The position numbers were made by a program, and so were the translations under genes. The notes below the pieces were generated by a model, which searched no databases, was not told where the DNA came from, and saw only the letters and a list, made by a program, of their open reading frames with translations. Of a stretch of 64,000 nucleotides of DNA, positions 1 to 19,371 are shown piece after piece. The DNA comes from the human T2T-CHM13v2.0 reference genome, Homo sapiens: the NCBI RefSeq assembly GCF_009914755.1, contig NC_060927.1; one strand, written 5' to 3'. Numbering within the stretch: the stretch's first letter is position 1; every line of letters starts with the position of its first letter.

Positions 1-1942
1 AGTTGATAATTCAGCTCTAATAAAAGAAAGCCAATACATAGTGTCTCAATTTCATAATTTAAGAAATGGAGGTATAAGCATGGTATAAAGAAATGTGGAT
101 TAAAACACCAAAAGAAACAGTCTCAAGAATGGAAAGTAGCTATCTCCAGGAAAGGGACTATGAGGTTAGGAAACACTGCTGCTTTTTATTATGAGTGTTT
201 TGCAGTGATTTTTGTTCATGTTATGCCTATAATAAGTTAATAAAAATAAAATTAGTTGGAAATAATATGAATTTTATATTTAACTGATGTCAATAATTAT
301 GACAATTTTACTTTTTGAGGTTTCAAATCATCTTACTGCTCAATTACTGAATGCCTCAAGAAAATTTTCAATAAGGCACATGATTTTTCTACCGTCTGTG
401 TGCTTTCATAACTGAACAATCATCTCTGTGTCCTACAGAAGTGGACAAATTAGCTAGACAAACCTACATAGATTTTATTTTAAGGTTAATGTTTGAGAGA
501 AGTTTGAAGTCCAGTTGGCTTTTGTAATCCACATGGAATGTTTTTGTTTTGGCTTGTTACCATATTTTAGCCTGAATGTTCCTGCCATCTTTTAAATCCA
601 TAACATTCAGAAATGTGTCCTGCTTGGATCTAGGTACTGATTTCATTTCATTAATTTTTCTTAATACACAGTGAACTGCGGTGGGATGCAAGCTCAGGGC
701 TAGCACTTGAATGTTACTCTTTCCTAATTTCTAAGCTCAGGTATATTTCTACACTATTTTAGCTTTTCATAGTGATCACAAGTGAGGTGGCAAAAGGGCA
801 TAGATGTTTCTGAGTTTGTCAGGATCTTATCCATAAATATGGAAGTCTTTAATTTTCCTAAGTTAGTGCCAGTCAGGCTTTGCTAACTATTAATCATCTA
901 AAGGTTAAAGGTATTTATAGAAAAAATGGAGCTCCTAATTGCTAAGCTAAGACCCCCTTTGCTATGTTTTCGATTCCTCCCCTTCTCCAGTTACCAGTTA
1001 CCTCCTTTATGTTTTACTCTCTCTCCTCCATCATTTGCTCTGCCTTTCTCAGTGAAAACATGCCCAGATAATCCGTATTTCAGCATTCTGGCATGAGGTG
1101 TGTGTGCCGCTTAAAGAAAATCTGTAGTGACCCTTTCTGTAAAGAGAACAATAGATTTGAAAGAAAATAAGTACTTCCTAATTTATCTTTTTGGTAACAT
1201 TGTAAAAATACATTTAATTAAACAAAGATGTAAATTCATAAAATTATGTATATAGTTATTGGTCATCATTTAAGACGTCATGGAGAACAAGTAGAACATT
1301 TGATAATAATCAGAAAACTATTATCACTTAAAATTAAAAAAGAGTTACCCAAGAAATGACAATTTTATAAGCTTAATTTTGATATCAGAAAAATGCTAAA
1401 ATAACGCGGTAAAAATCTTATTAATTCTTAACACAGGGGACCAAAGAAGGGTGGGGGAACAGAATTGCAATTAACTTTCTTGAGATTATCTAAATTTTTA
1501 AATGCAATAACAGCATCTAGATATCAAGGGACTGGCAGTCCTTTTGCTATCCTAAATAAAGCAATGTTGGATTAATAAGGTTTTCTGTTAACACAAAAGC
1601 TAAATTGTTAATTCATGGAAGAAAATGGCATGCTGTATAAAACCACTTTTCAAAGAAAAAAATTTATTCTAACAACTACAAGAAGTATGACTTTGTAATA
1701 GGCCTAAACCATTGTACAGTTCTGTACCAATTACCTAGCTACAAAAATACAAATAAAAAATAAAAAAAAACTCCATCAAAAGTTTTCTAGAAACTAGCAA
1801 TGATGATTAAACTAAAAAATTTTGCTGGATATCTTACAATGACATTTATTACAATTTTCTTGAGAAAAGCCGTCACAAGAAGAAAATAATTGTGCTCGTT
1901 GAGTAAGAAACACATGCCCCTAATAAGAATTGGAGAAGTGGC

Positions 1943-2327
1943 ATATGTGGGAGCTAAAAATTAAAACAATTGAATTCATGGATAGAGTAAAATCATGGTT
2001 GCCACAGGCTGGAAAGAAAAGCTAAGGTGACAGGACTGTGGGTGGTTAATGGGCTCAAAAATATAGTTAGATAGAATGAATAAGATCTAGTATTTGATAG
2101 CATGAAGGGACGACTACAGTTGACAGTAATTTACTGTATATTTTATTATAGCTAAAAGAGTGGAAATGGAATGTTCCTGACACAAAGAAATTTCAAATAC
2201 TTAAAGTGATGGATACCCTAATTATCCTGGTATGATTATTATATATTGTATGCTGTATCAAAACATCACATATACCTCATCAATAAATATACCTGTTATG
2301 TACCCACAATAATTAAAAATAAAAATG
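1943..2327 (+). mobile_element. 5'-truncated L1MA-type 3' UTR fragment with target-site duplication (TSD)
   Basis: L1MA 3' UTR motifs (gtgatggatacccta, tatgtacccacaataattaaaaataaaaa). Flanking repeats aagaattggagaagtggca (1925-1943) and aataattggagaaatggca (2328-2346) match at 17/19. Confidence 0.85.
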
Positions 2328-2844
2328 AATAATTGGAGAAATGGCACACAACAAAAATAGAAACAAAAATGAGTTTACCATAGGATGCTCGTTAGGGGTT
2401 AATATAATATATCATACTCCCTTATTCTAAAAATCTTGTATAAGTGCCTCACTGTGATACAACAAAAAAAGACTGAGGTAATTTTGACACCCTCATGAAA
2501 GTATAGGATGTGAGAAACCAAAATTATAAATAAAAGCCAAAAACTAGTATTAAAATGTATTTTATGTGGCTAAAATGTCAGCAATAACAGATTGGAACCA
2601 TAAGTCTAGACTAAATTAATAAAAATTGGAGAATTAGAATTGAGAGCAATATAAAAATACTAACTCCTCAAAATGTATAAGGACATTCACAAATTGTTTT
2701 TGACATTAATAATTTGAGAGCTATAGATTAAAGTAAAAATGTAAGAAACTTATAACATTGCCAGCAGAATTAAAAATAGAATCTCTCTCTTCCAACATTC
2801 TCTATAAGCTTAAAAAAATTATAGCCCATAGCATTCCTACCAGG

Positions 2845-3081
2845 ACAGTAGCCACTAACCGTATGTGGCTATTGAACACTTAAATTGTGAATAGTCCAAA
2901 TTGAAATGTGTTGAGGCTACAAAATACACCCTGGATTACAAAGGCCTTGTACAAAAAAATAATGGAATGCATCTTATTGATTATTTCTAAACGAATTATA
3001 TGCTGAAATGAAGATATTTGGGATACATTGAGTTAAGTAAAATATATTATTAAAATTAACTTCACCAGTTTCACTCTTACT
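2845..3081. mobile_element. MER3-like hAT-Charlie DNA transposon
   Basis: gtagccactaaccgtatgtggctattgaacacttaaa...aaatatattattaaaattaacttcacc matches the recalled MER3 consensus. Confidence 0.75.
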
Positions 3082-5385
3082 ATATGATCCAATGATCACA
3101 CTTCTAAGGATTTATCTAACTGAATCGCAAACCTGTGTCTATACAAGAACCTCTTCACAAACGTTAACAGAAACCCCTTCATAATTGCTAAAACCTGGAA
3201 GTAATCAAGATCATTTTTCAACGTGAGAAGAACATGAGATTTGGGGGACAAGGGGTAAAAATGATATGGTTTAGATGTTTCTCCTCCACATCTCATGTTA
3301 AAATGTAATCCCCAATGGAGGTGGGGCCTGGTGGGAGGTGTTTGGGTCATGGAAGTGGACCCGTCATGAATGGTGTGGTGCCCTCCTCACGGTAATGACT
3401 GAGTTCTTGCTCTGAGTTCACACAAGACCTGATTGTTTACAAAAGTATGGCACCATCTTCCTGTTTCTCTCTTGCTCTTGCACTTGCCATGTGATATACC
3501 GGTTTCCCCTTTGCCTTCTGCCACAAGCGGAAGCTTCCTGAGGCTTTTACTAGGAGCAGATGTCATACCCTGCTTCCTGTATAGCCTGCAGAACCATAAT
3601 CCAAAATGAATCTCTTTTATTTATATACTACCCAGTCTCAGGTATTCCTTCATATCAATGCAAATGGACTAATACACTGTACAATTCCAATTTTATAACA
3701 TTCTGGAAAAGACAAAACTATAAAGCCATGAAATAGGTCACTGATTACCAGATGTGAAGGGAACATTTTTCTTTTAACAGAGGTAAAACTATTCTGCATG
3801 ATAGTATAAGAGTTGCTACACGATATTACACTATGTCAAAACCCCACACAACTTTATAATACAAAAAGTGAGCCCTAAAAATAATTACTTTAGAGGTCAG
3901 GGAATCGCAGCATAAAATGCCGACTGACAAAGCCATCCAAGTGTATTAAAAATATATGAAACAATCTCATGAAAGGAGTTGGGGAAAAGTAGTGTTGACT
4001 AAATATAACCCCAGAAATGAATGGATTCTGTCAAGTAAAGTTTAAAAAAAATAACTGTCCATAAGCATTGTACTCTTATCCATAAAGCTGATTTCCTGGG
4101 ATTAACAGATTTGTTATTAAACTCCCAACATTAGTGAAAATATAAAGATAAGTAAGAGGAGGAAGCTGGAATTAACCATGTGGTAATTCAGGAAGTTGGA
4201 GACAACGGTATGAAATAATATAGATGAAGATGATTATATATAGAAGGATTCATGAATATGTATATGTAAATGTGCTAATATACCCACATATAGCTCCTTG
4301 TTCTCTAAGCTGAAAGGGCTGAGAAGCAATGACATGCAAATAACAATCTTGTGCCCAGATTTTGATTTCTAATACCGTTCTCCAATAAAAGGCAACAGGG
4401 CTCACTGGAGAAATGGCTGATTCTATAACTGGGGCAGGAAAGATATAAAATGAAGCTGGGGTATCTCATTGTCCCAAAAAGTAGGGGAATGCTCAAATAA
4501 GTAAAACCCACTCCTTTGATGTATTTTAAAAGGACAAAAACCAACTAAAAGTGCTTCCAACGGCCAAACATAAGGCAATGTGAGCAACAAAATAAATAAA
4601 ATAGTATCTGATTATAATCCAAAGTATAAAACAAACATGCATGAGCCTACACCAATGTAAATACATGATGGAGTAAATCATTTTTAAATGGGGGAGAAGA
4701 GACAACTCTCCCATGCAAAAGAATTTCAAATAATTTATGCAGATCCTAAGCTCCCAAGGAAATAGAGCCTATCCCTTCACTCCAAGGGTAAGCTATGCTA
4801 AATGTTTTTCTTCCAAAAATTAGTGTGTAAAAGGGGAAAAAGTAGCTTTACAGTGGAGACATCTGTCAAAAACTGCCTTGGGCAGGTGATTAAGGTCAAT
4901 ATAAACTGCGATAAGTCATGCTGACACTGTGTACCTTGATATGATATCATAAAATTGGTGCTTTCCCTCTATGATGTTCCTCCAAAATGTACATCAACAC
5001 AGTCAATCATTAGACAAACATCAGACAAATCTCAAGAGAGAGACATTCTTTACCTGTCTAGTAGCCTTCAAAATGGTCCAGGTCATCAAAAACAAAGACA
5101 ATCTAAGAAACTATCACAACCAAGAGAAGTTTAAGGAGAAATGACAACTAAATGAAATATGGTATCCTGGAAAAGAAAAAAGACAATAGATAAAAATGAA
5201 GAAAATCTGAATAAAGTATGGATTTTCATTAGTGATAACTTCTCAATTTGTATTTATTAATGGCAACAAACATATTAACAATAGAAGAAAGTGGGTGCAT
5301 GGTATAAAAGCACGATCCGTTCCAGCTTTGCAATTTTTCTGTAAATCTCAAAGTGTTCTAAACTATAAAGTTTATTTTTTTAAAA
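3082..5385 (+). mobile_element. Old L1MC/MD 3' end (ORF2 tail plus long 3' UTR), interrupted by an MST LTR
   Basis: tatgatcc...aattgctaaaacctggaa ORF2-end motif, acattctggaaaagacaaaacta, ggagaaatggctgattcta; ends in aaagtttattt followed by an A-rich tract. Confidence 0.7.
3222..3676 (+). mobile_element. MSTB-like ERVL-MaLR LTR (3262-3676) with ~40 bp of internal sequence/polypurine tract
   Basis: Termini tgatatggttt...ggactaataca; preceded by catgagatttggggga, the end of the MaLR internal region. Confidence 0.85.
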
Positions 5386-5389
5386 AAGA

Positions 5390-7495
5390 ATGAGAACAAT
5401 GGATCTATATTGTATGAAGTCATCTTCATAAAAATATTAATTATGAAAGCAAGGTGTAGAAGAGTGTGCATAGTGTTATACCTTTAATGAGAAAAAAGGT
5501 AAGGAAAATAATATGTGTACATGCATGTGTGTAAATGTACATATACACTTGTTCATAAAGAAATAATGAGATAAGAAACCAAGAACTAGTAAAAAAAAGG
5601 TAACGTATAGTGAAAAGACAGAATGGGAGAGAGTTTGGCAGCAATTATCAAAGGTATACTTCCCTTAATATATCTTGTTTTATATATTTAAATTTGCAAA
5701 TACATAATTACATTACATAATTTAAAGAGAAAAATATTTTTTAAAAAGCAAAGCCATTCCTAAAATTAAAGCAAGCTGTAACATATTAGCCTAATTATAT
5801 ATCAAATTATTGACATAACCTTACAAAAATTATTTCATGGGATGAATTTTGAAAAACACAGTATTTAGGCTGAACTTCCCTACTGGGAATTATTCTAAAA
5901 ACAAAATAACCACAAAGATACCTACAATTTATTTATTTATCTCAATCAGAATAGTCATATTGGTGTTATTTTGAACCTCAGAGAGAGTTAGTTTTATAAG
6001 ATCTAAAAATTATTTTGTTGATAGTACTCAACATGATGACACTTGAATAGTTGAAAGGCAGAAGTCCCTGTTACTTACTGGGCCAAAAGAGAGAACTCCC
6101 TATGCAGTGCCGCACAGGGAGTTAGCTCAGGATAGGCTAAGAGCAAGCTGAATCTGTAGTGGGCAGCTTGTGTATGGCAAGAGAGATGAGGTTAGCTAGG
6201 TTTCATATACTTGCTGCGGGTTGGATAATTTGAATAATTTCTCAAGCTCCAGGACATAGGGGCTGTCTCCAGTTGTCTGGTATCCGGCCCCAAGATGATT
6301 AGCATGGGTGCATAGTAGTCCCAGAGTGTGAGAGACCTGATAAGGAAAGTGGAGGAGATATGAAATTAATCAGCTGCTATATAGAGTGAGTGAGAGAACA
6401 AACACTATGTTAGTATTACAATGATCCAAGATGTTCAGGATAGAAGAAAAGAGATACAAATATAACATTAGTTTAAATAGGGTTAATTAAAAACCATAAT
6501 CTTTAATTTACATTGGAAAGATATGTAGAGAAATATGATTTATTTTCCCCTTGTAAAAAATTACATATTTTTAGCACTGTCCACTGAAAGTAACTAAAAG
6601 CAACGGCAACTCAGTAGCAATTAGTACCTTTAGTGCCCATATGGGCACTAAATATCAGAATATCAGGGATATTCTGATCTCTAAGTGCCATTTATACTTT
6701 AAAGGATCCAAGATTCCTAAGAAAAATAGCTGAACCTATATTTGGGCAGGGAATGTAAATGTGCAAGATTTGGACATATTGTACTTGAATGCAAGAAGTT
6801 ATCAAGACCTACAATCATGTCAAAGAAACAAAGAAGCCAATTTAAAGGACTCCAAATAATCAAAAATAAGATCATTTGAGTTTGTAATTACACTAAAACA
6901 ATTTATTGGGTCACCATTGAATATGATTATTTTGAAAATTAGTAAGAAAAAATTCAAATATCTATTCTGTCTTTCCTGTATGGACAAAGTTCAATGTAAA
7001 CAAATAGTTGATGAGGGACAGCTATCTCTAAATAACAATTTCATCTCATAAATGCAGAGGAAATAATAAAATAAGAAATCACCATTTAGCAACCTTCAAT
7101 GAAATACTACATCCAGACACTTACCATTAATAGCTGTTCAAACCATGAGTTGAAACGTTGTTGGGAGAATTTAAATGAAGAAAGAGACTAACAAACTTGA
7201 TTCCATTGATCAGTTGTAGCATCATTTAAAGTATAGCCATGAACTATCGTGTGCCTTCTGATGTAATGCAAGAAGAATAGCATCAACCACAAAATTAACC
7301 TAAAGTTCACCAAGCCTTTAACTATCAGTTTACTGGAAATTTGATGATATAATTAAAAGTTACATGATACTCTCAGCAATCAGTCAAATCCAAAATGTGG
7401 GAAATTCTACAAGACAGATTACTCTATTTTTAATAACATAAATAAGATGAAATTTTTAAAAGGTCAAGTTATTATTGATTAAAGGAAATAAAATA
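5390..7495 (+). mobile_element. Old L1MC4/5-like 3' region; appears to resume near 26290. A possible unrelated LTR fragment lies at ~6040-6370
   Basis: agcactgtccactgaaa, gcaactcagtagcaat, atccaaaatgtgggaaattctac motifs of L1MC 3' UTRs. Confidence 0.55.
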
Positions 7496-7499
7496 GCAA

Positions 7500-8872
7500 A
7501 ATAGCCCCTGCTTATCTCTCCCCCACAGCAATAATAAGTTGGCAGCCATTCATAGACAAAAAATGTTTTTGTGGGAGCTTTGGTATTCAAGTAAGGGCTT
7601 GCACAACCCCAGTGGAGCATGACTGAGGAGATTCATTTTGAGAGGACAAGACCATACCTAGGGGAAGGCTCAATATTCTTTTGGCCATAAGCTGAGAAAC
7701 AGCCCCATTCCCTTGTGGATTTAGTCAAAGCCTCATTTGGCATTGGTCCTGCAATTAGCAGTACCTGCAAAAGACATGGAAGGAGACACATCCATCTGTG
7801 TTCCTGGAGGCAGAACTACTGGCTTTGGTCTACCTGAAGATCTTGAGATGGCCCTGTAATCTGAGTCCAGTGTTTTTTTGCTGCTATCTGGATGTAGTTC
7901 TGCCCACTCAGGGACCTGCTAGGAAATATACCAGTTCATGTCCCCAGAGACAGACTTGTAGATTTTGGTCCAGTCATAGATCTTAAAGAGTCCCTGCAAC
8001 CCAGCTTTTGACCATCCTAGCTGTGGTCCAAGAGGAATCCTACCCTCAGAGAGACCCATCAGGAGACATGCCTGTCTGTGTCCCCAGAGTGAAACCTGCA
8101 GAACTTGGTCCAACAACAGATTTTAAACAGGTCCTGTTACCTGGTTCTAGCTACTCTGTGCCATGGCCCCAGTGTAGTCCTGTCTTCCTGGGAACCCATT
8201 AGAAGCCACATCCATCTGTGTCCCAGTAGGCAGACACACCAACTGCAGTCAGGCTGTAGGTCTTCAACTGGCCCTGTAACCTGGATACAGGTGTTTTCAG
8301 CTGTGGTTCAGGAACATTTCTGCCTACACAGGGACCCAGAAGGAAGCATGCACGTTTGTGCCACCTGAGGCAGATCTGCAGAACTTGGTCTTCGGTGTGG
8401 ACCCTGAAGCAGCTCAGTGACTTTATTCCAGAACTGCTCAGCCATGGTCCAGGGGTAGTCCTTCCTGCCCAAGAACCCCTCAGCTCCATCCTCATTCAAA
8501 TGTGATACAAGAGATAACCCCATCAATGCAAAGAGCCAAAAGAAGAACTAGAAGAACTTTTTTACCTTCCCAAACCAGTCTGTAAAAACTGGAAGAGGTA
8601 TTTGCACTTTCAAATGCACAGACACCAAATGAAAGGCTACACAGATCATGAAAAATGAGACAAACAAAACAACACTAAAGGACTAGTAAGTCTCCAGCAA
8701 TTGACCCAGTAGAAACTGAGTTCTACATATTGCCTGACAGAGAATTAAAAATAATTTTTAATAATTCAAAATAAGCTCAACAAAACACAAGAGAACACAG
8801 ATATACAGCCAAATGAAATCAGGAAAACAATACATGAACAAAATGCGAACTTTAACAAAGAAATAGAAATCA
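7500..8872 (+). mobile_element. L1MA9-like element: 5' UTR and start of ORF1 (continues at ~20341)
   Basis: GC-richer L1M 5' UTR, then ORF1-like ttgcctgacagagaattaaaaata...aacaaagaaatagaaatca, which joins colinearly to tgaaaaactgaacagaaatcctgg at 20347. Confidence 0.75.
7771..8480 (+). repeat. Five diverged tandem monomers with a period of exactly 140 bp
   Basis: Anchors aggagacaca 7781, aggaaatata 7921, aggagacatg 8061, agaagccaca 8201, aggaagcatg 8341, each followed by a tgtg(t)cc...ag-like motif. Confidence 0.85.
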
Positions 8873-11177
8873 GGAAAGAGCAATATGGCAGATTAGAAGC
8901 CTACATCATTCATCCCTCTCGCTGGAACACCACATTTTAACAACTATATACACACAGAAAAGCACTGTCACAAGAACCAAAAATCAGGTGAGCAATCACA
9001 GTACATGGTTCTAACTTCACATCACCAAAAGAGGCATTGAGAGCGACAGGAGAGAGAGTCTTGAATCACCAGTGCCACCCCAACCCTACCCCTGGCAATG
9101 GCCATGCAGCACAGAGAAGAAATCTTTGCACTTTGGGGAGAGAGAGAGGACAGAAACTTGGGGGCTTTACATTGAACTCGCTACTGCCTTGTCCCATTGG
9201 AAAATAAATCTGCGCTGGACTCAGCTAGTGCTGGTTCATGGAGGGGGCATTTGGACCAGCCCAAGGCAGAGGGGAATTGCCTATTCCAGCAGTCAAAACT
9301 TGAGTTTCTGGGCAAGCTTTGCCACTGTGCTTTGGGGTCCTAGGTAATCTTGAAGGCAGTCTAGGACATAAGGACTGAAATTCCTAGGCGACTCCTAGTG
9401 CTGGGATGGGCTAAGAGCCAGTAGACCAGAGTGACACATAACATAGGAAGACATCAGCTGTTGCAGCTAAGGGAGTGCTTGCATTAGCCATGCCCCAACC
9501 CCAGGCAGTGCTGCTTGCAGCAACAAAAGTGACTCCTTTCATCTGCTTAAAGGGAGGAGAGCAAAGAGTAAAGAAGGTGTTGTCCTGCATCTTGAATACC
9601 AGCTCAGGCACAGCAGTATAGGGCACTAGGAAGAATCATGAGGTTCCCATTCCAGGTCCTTGTTCCTGGACATTTCTAGGCTCACCCTGTGCCAAAAGGG
9701 AACCTATTGCCTTGAAGGGAAAGAACCATTCCTGTCAAAATTAATCACCTGCTGACTAAAGAACCCTTGGGCCTTGAATAACCAGCAGTGGTACCCAAGG
9801 TGTACACTGTGGGCCTTGGGCTCTGAGATGTGATGGCTTCAGGAGTGACCCAACACATTCCCAGCTCTTGTGGCTATGGTGAAGGACTCCTGTTGGAGAA
9901 AAGCAAAGGGAAGAGTAAAGTGGACTTTCTCTTGCACCTTAGGTACCAGCTTAACCATGGTGGGATAGAGAAACAAGTAAGCTCTCGGAGTCCTGAAGTC
10001 CAGGCATAGACTTTTGGACAACATTTCTGGACCTGCCCTGGGCCAGATGGGAGCCCACTAGCCTGAAGGGTGAATCCTAGGCCAGGCAGCATTCACCAAA
10101 AGCTGACAGAAGAGCCCTTGGGCTTTGAGTAAATATTGGCAGTGGCCTCACAGAACCCCTCATTAACCAATGGTGATGATGGCAATGGGCAGAGGCTCCT
10201 CTGCTTGTTATAAAAGAAGGGGAGAACTGGAAGGACTATGTTGCTTGAGTGCCAGCTTAGCTACAGTAGAATAGAACATCAGGTAAACTGCTAAGGTTTT
10301 TGACTCCAATCCCTGGTTCCCAGACAGCATCTTTGCATATGCCTGGGACCTGAGGGAAACCACTGCCCTGAAAAGGAGGGCCCTATGCAATGAGTAGAAA
10401 GTTTATTCAAAGGGATAATATTAGATAACTTCCCAAACCTAAAGAAATATATTAATATTCAAGTACAAGAATGTAATACAACACCAAGCAGATTTAACCC
10501 AAACAAGACTTCCTAAGGCATTTAATAATCAAACTTCCAAAGGTCAACAATTTGAAAAGGATCCTGAAAGCAGAAAAAGAAAATAAACATGTTACATACA
10601 ATGGAGCTCCAATATGTCTGATAGCCGACTTTTCAGTGGAAACCTTACAGGCCAGGAAAGAGTGGAATGACATATTTAAAGTGCTGAAGGGGAAGAAAAT
10701 TACCCTAGTATAATATATCCCCACAAAATATCCATCAAACATGAAGGAAAAATAAGACTTTCCCATACAAACAAAGGCTGAGGGATTTAATCAACATGAG
10801 ACCTGTCTCTGAAAGCAATGCTAAAGGGAATACTTCAATCTGAAAGAAAGAAATGCTAGTAAGAAAGAAGAAATCATCTGAAGGCACAAAAAAGGCACTG
10901 GTTATAATAACCATATAGAAAAACAGAGAATAATATAACGTTGTAATGGTGGAGTGTAAACTACTCTTGGGTTAAGGAGAAAGAATAAATGATGAACCAA
11001 TCAAAATAAATAACTACAACAGCTTTTCAAGACATCGTACAATAAGACATAAAGAGAAATAACAAAATGTTAAAATGTAGGAGGATAAATTAAATTGTAG
11101 AGTTTTTATGAGTTTTCTTTTTGTTTTTTCGTTTGTTTATACAAACAGTGTTAAGTTGTAAAGACAAAGAAAATTGG

Positions 11178-12892
<1,715 letters not shown>

Positions 12893-13483
12893 AAGACCCA
12901 AATAAATAAAATCAGAGATGAAAAAGGAAACATTAAAATGGTAATGCAAATTCAAAAAATCATCACGGCTACTATGAATGATGATATGCCAATAAATTGG
13001 AAAATCTAGAAAACATAGATACATTCCTAGACACATAGAACCTACCAAGATGAAACCATGAAGAATTCCAAAATCCAAATAGACCAAAAACAATTAACAA
13101 GATTGAAACGATACTAAAATGTCTTCCAGTAAAAAAAAAGCTGGGGACCCAATGCCTTCACTGCTAAATTTTACCAAACATGGAAAGAAGAACTAATACT
13201 AATTCTATTCAAAGTATTCCAAAAAATAAAGGAGGAGTAATCAGACAAGAGAAATAAATAGAGGACATCCAAATTGGAAAGGAAGAAATCAAATTATTCT
13301 TGTTGCAGATGATATGATTTTATATTTGGAAAAACCTCAAGACTCTACCAAAGAACTATTAGAACTGATAAACAAATTTGATAAAGTTGCAGGATACAAA
13401 AGCAGCATACAAAAATTAGTAGCATTTCTACATGCCAACAGTGAACAATCTGAAAAAAGAATTTAAAAAGTAATCCCAGCCGG

Positions 13484-14095
<612 letters not shown>

Positions 14096-15102
14096 ATCCC
14101 ACTTATAATAGCCACAAATAAAACTAACTGTCTAGGAACTTATTTAACCAAAGAAGTGAAAGATCCCTACAATCAAACGTATAAAAAAACTGATGCAAGT
14201 AATTGAAGAGGAGACAAAAGAAAAGTTATTCTATGTTCATGGACAGGAAGAATCAATATTATTAAAATATCCATACTGCCCAAAGCAATCTACAGATTCA
14301 ATGCAATTTCTATGAAAATACCAATGACATGCTTCACAGAAACAGGAAAAACGATCCTAAAATTTATATGAAATCACAAAAGACTCAGAAGAGCCAAAGT
14401 TCTCCTGAGCAAAAAGAAAAAATCTAGGGGAATCACACTACCCGACTTCAAATTATATACAGAGCTATAGTAACCAAAACAACATTGTACTGACATAAAA
14501 ACAGACACACAGATCAATGAAACAGAATACAGAATCCAGAAACAAATTCACACACCTACAGTGAACTCATTTTTAACAAAGGTGCAAATAACATACATTG
14601 GGAAAAAGACACTGTCTTCAAAAATGGTGCTGGGAAAACTGGATATCCATGTGCAAAAGAATAAAACTAGACCCCTGTCTCTTCCTGTATACAAAAATCA
14701 AATCAAAGTGAATTAAAGGCTTAAATCTAGGATCTCAAACTATAAAACTACTTCAAGAAAACGTTGGGAAATTCTCCAGGGCATTAGTCTGTGCAAAAAG
14801 TTCTTGATTAATACACTACAGGAACAGGCAACCAAAGCAAAATGGACATATGGGATCACATCAAGTTAAAAAGCTTCTGCACAACCAAGGAAACAGATAA
14901 ACTGCAGAGACAACCCACAGAATAGGAAAGAATATCTGAAAACTACTCATCTGGCAAGGGATTAATAAGCCTAATTATAAACAGCTCAAAAAACTCTATA
15001 GGAAATAAACCTAATAATCCAATTTTTAAAATGGCCAGAAGCCTTACATAGACATTTATCAAAAGAAGACACACCGAAAAAGAAATTTTAAGAAAGAAGT
15101 AA

Positions 15103-18302
<3,200 letters not shown>

Positions 18303-19328
18303 TCTAGCCAGGACAATCAGGCAAGAGAAATAAATAAAGGGTATTCAAATAGGAAAAGAGGAAGTCAAATTGTCTCTGTTTGCAGATGACCTGATTGTAT
18401 ATTTAGAAAACCACATCGTCTCAGCCCAAAATCTCCTTAAGCTTATAAGCAACTTCAGCAAATTCTCAGGATACAAAATCAATGTGCAAAATCACAAGCA
18501 TTCCTATACACCCGTAATAGAGAGCCAAATCATAAGTGAATTCCCATTCACGATTGCTTCAAAGAGAATAAAATACCTAAAAATACAACTTACAAGGGAT
18601 GTGAAGGACCTCTTCAAGGAGAACTACAAACCACTGCTCAAGGAAATAGGAAAGGACACAAATGGAAAAACATTCCATACTCATGGATAGGAAAAATCAA
18701 TTTTGTGAAAATGGCCATACTGCCCAAAGTAATTTATAGATTCAATGCTATCCCCATCAAGCTACCATTGACTTTCTTCACAGAATTAGAAAAAAACTGC
18801 TTTAAATTTCATATGGAACCACAAAAGAGCCTGTATAGCCAAGACAATCTTAAGCAAAAAGAACAAAGCTGGAGTTATTATGCTACCCGACTTCAAACTA
18901 TACTACAAGGCTACAGTAACCAAAACAGCATGGGACCGGTACCAAAACAGATATATAGACCAATGAAACAGAACAGAGACCTCAGATATAATGGCACAAT
19001 CTACAACCATCTGATCTTTGACAAACCTGACAAAAGCAAGTAATGGGGAAAGGATTCACTACTTAATAAATGGTGTTGGGAAAACCAGCTAACCATATGC
19101 AGAAAACTGAAATTGGACCCCTTCCATACACTTTATACAAAAATTAACTCAAGATGGATTAAAGAATTAAATATAAGATGTAAAATCATAAAATGCCTAG
19201 AAGAAAACTTAGTCAATACCATTCAGGACATAGTCATGGGCAAACACTTCATGACTAAAACACCAAAAGCAATGGCAACAAAAGCCAAAATTGACAAATG
19301 GGATCTAATTAAACTAAAGAGATTCTGC

Positions 19329-19371
<43 letters not shown>

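Noticed and set aside
7771-8480. Regularly spaced repeats as a CRISPR-like array
   Set aside because: Whole units are homologous, with no identical repeats or unique spacers; eukaryotic L1 context and no cas genes.
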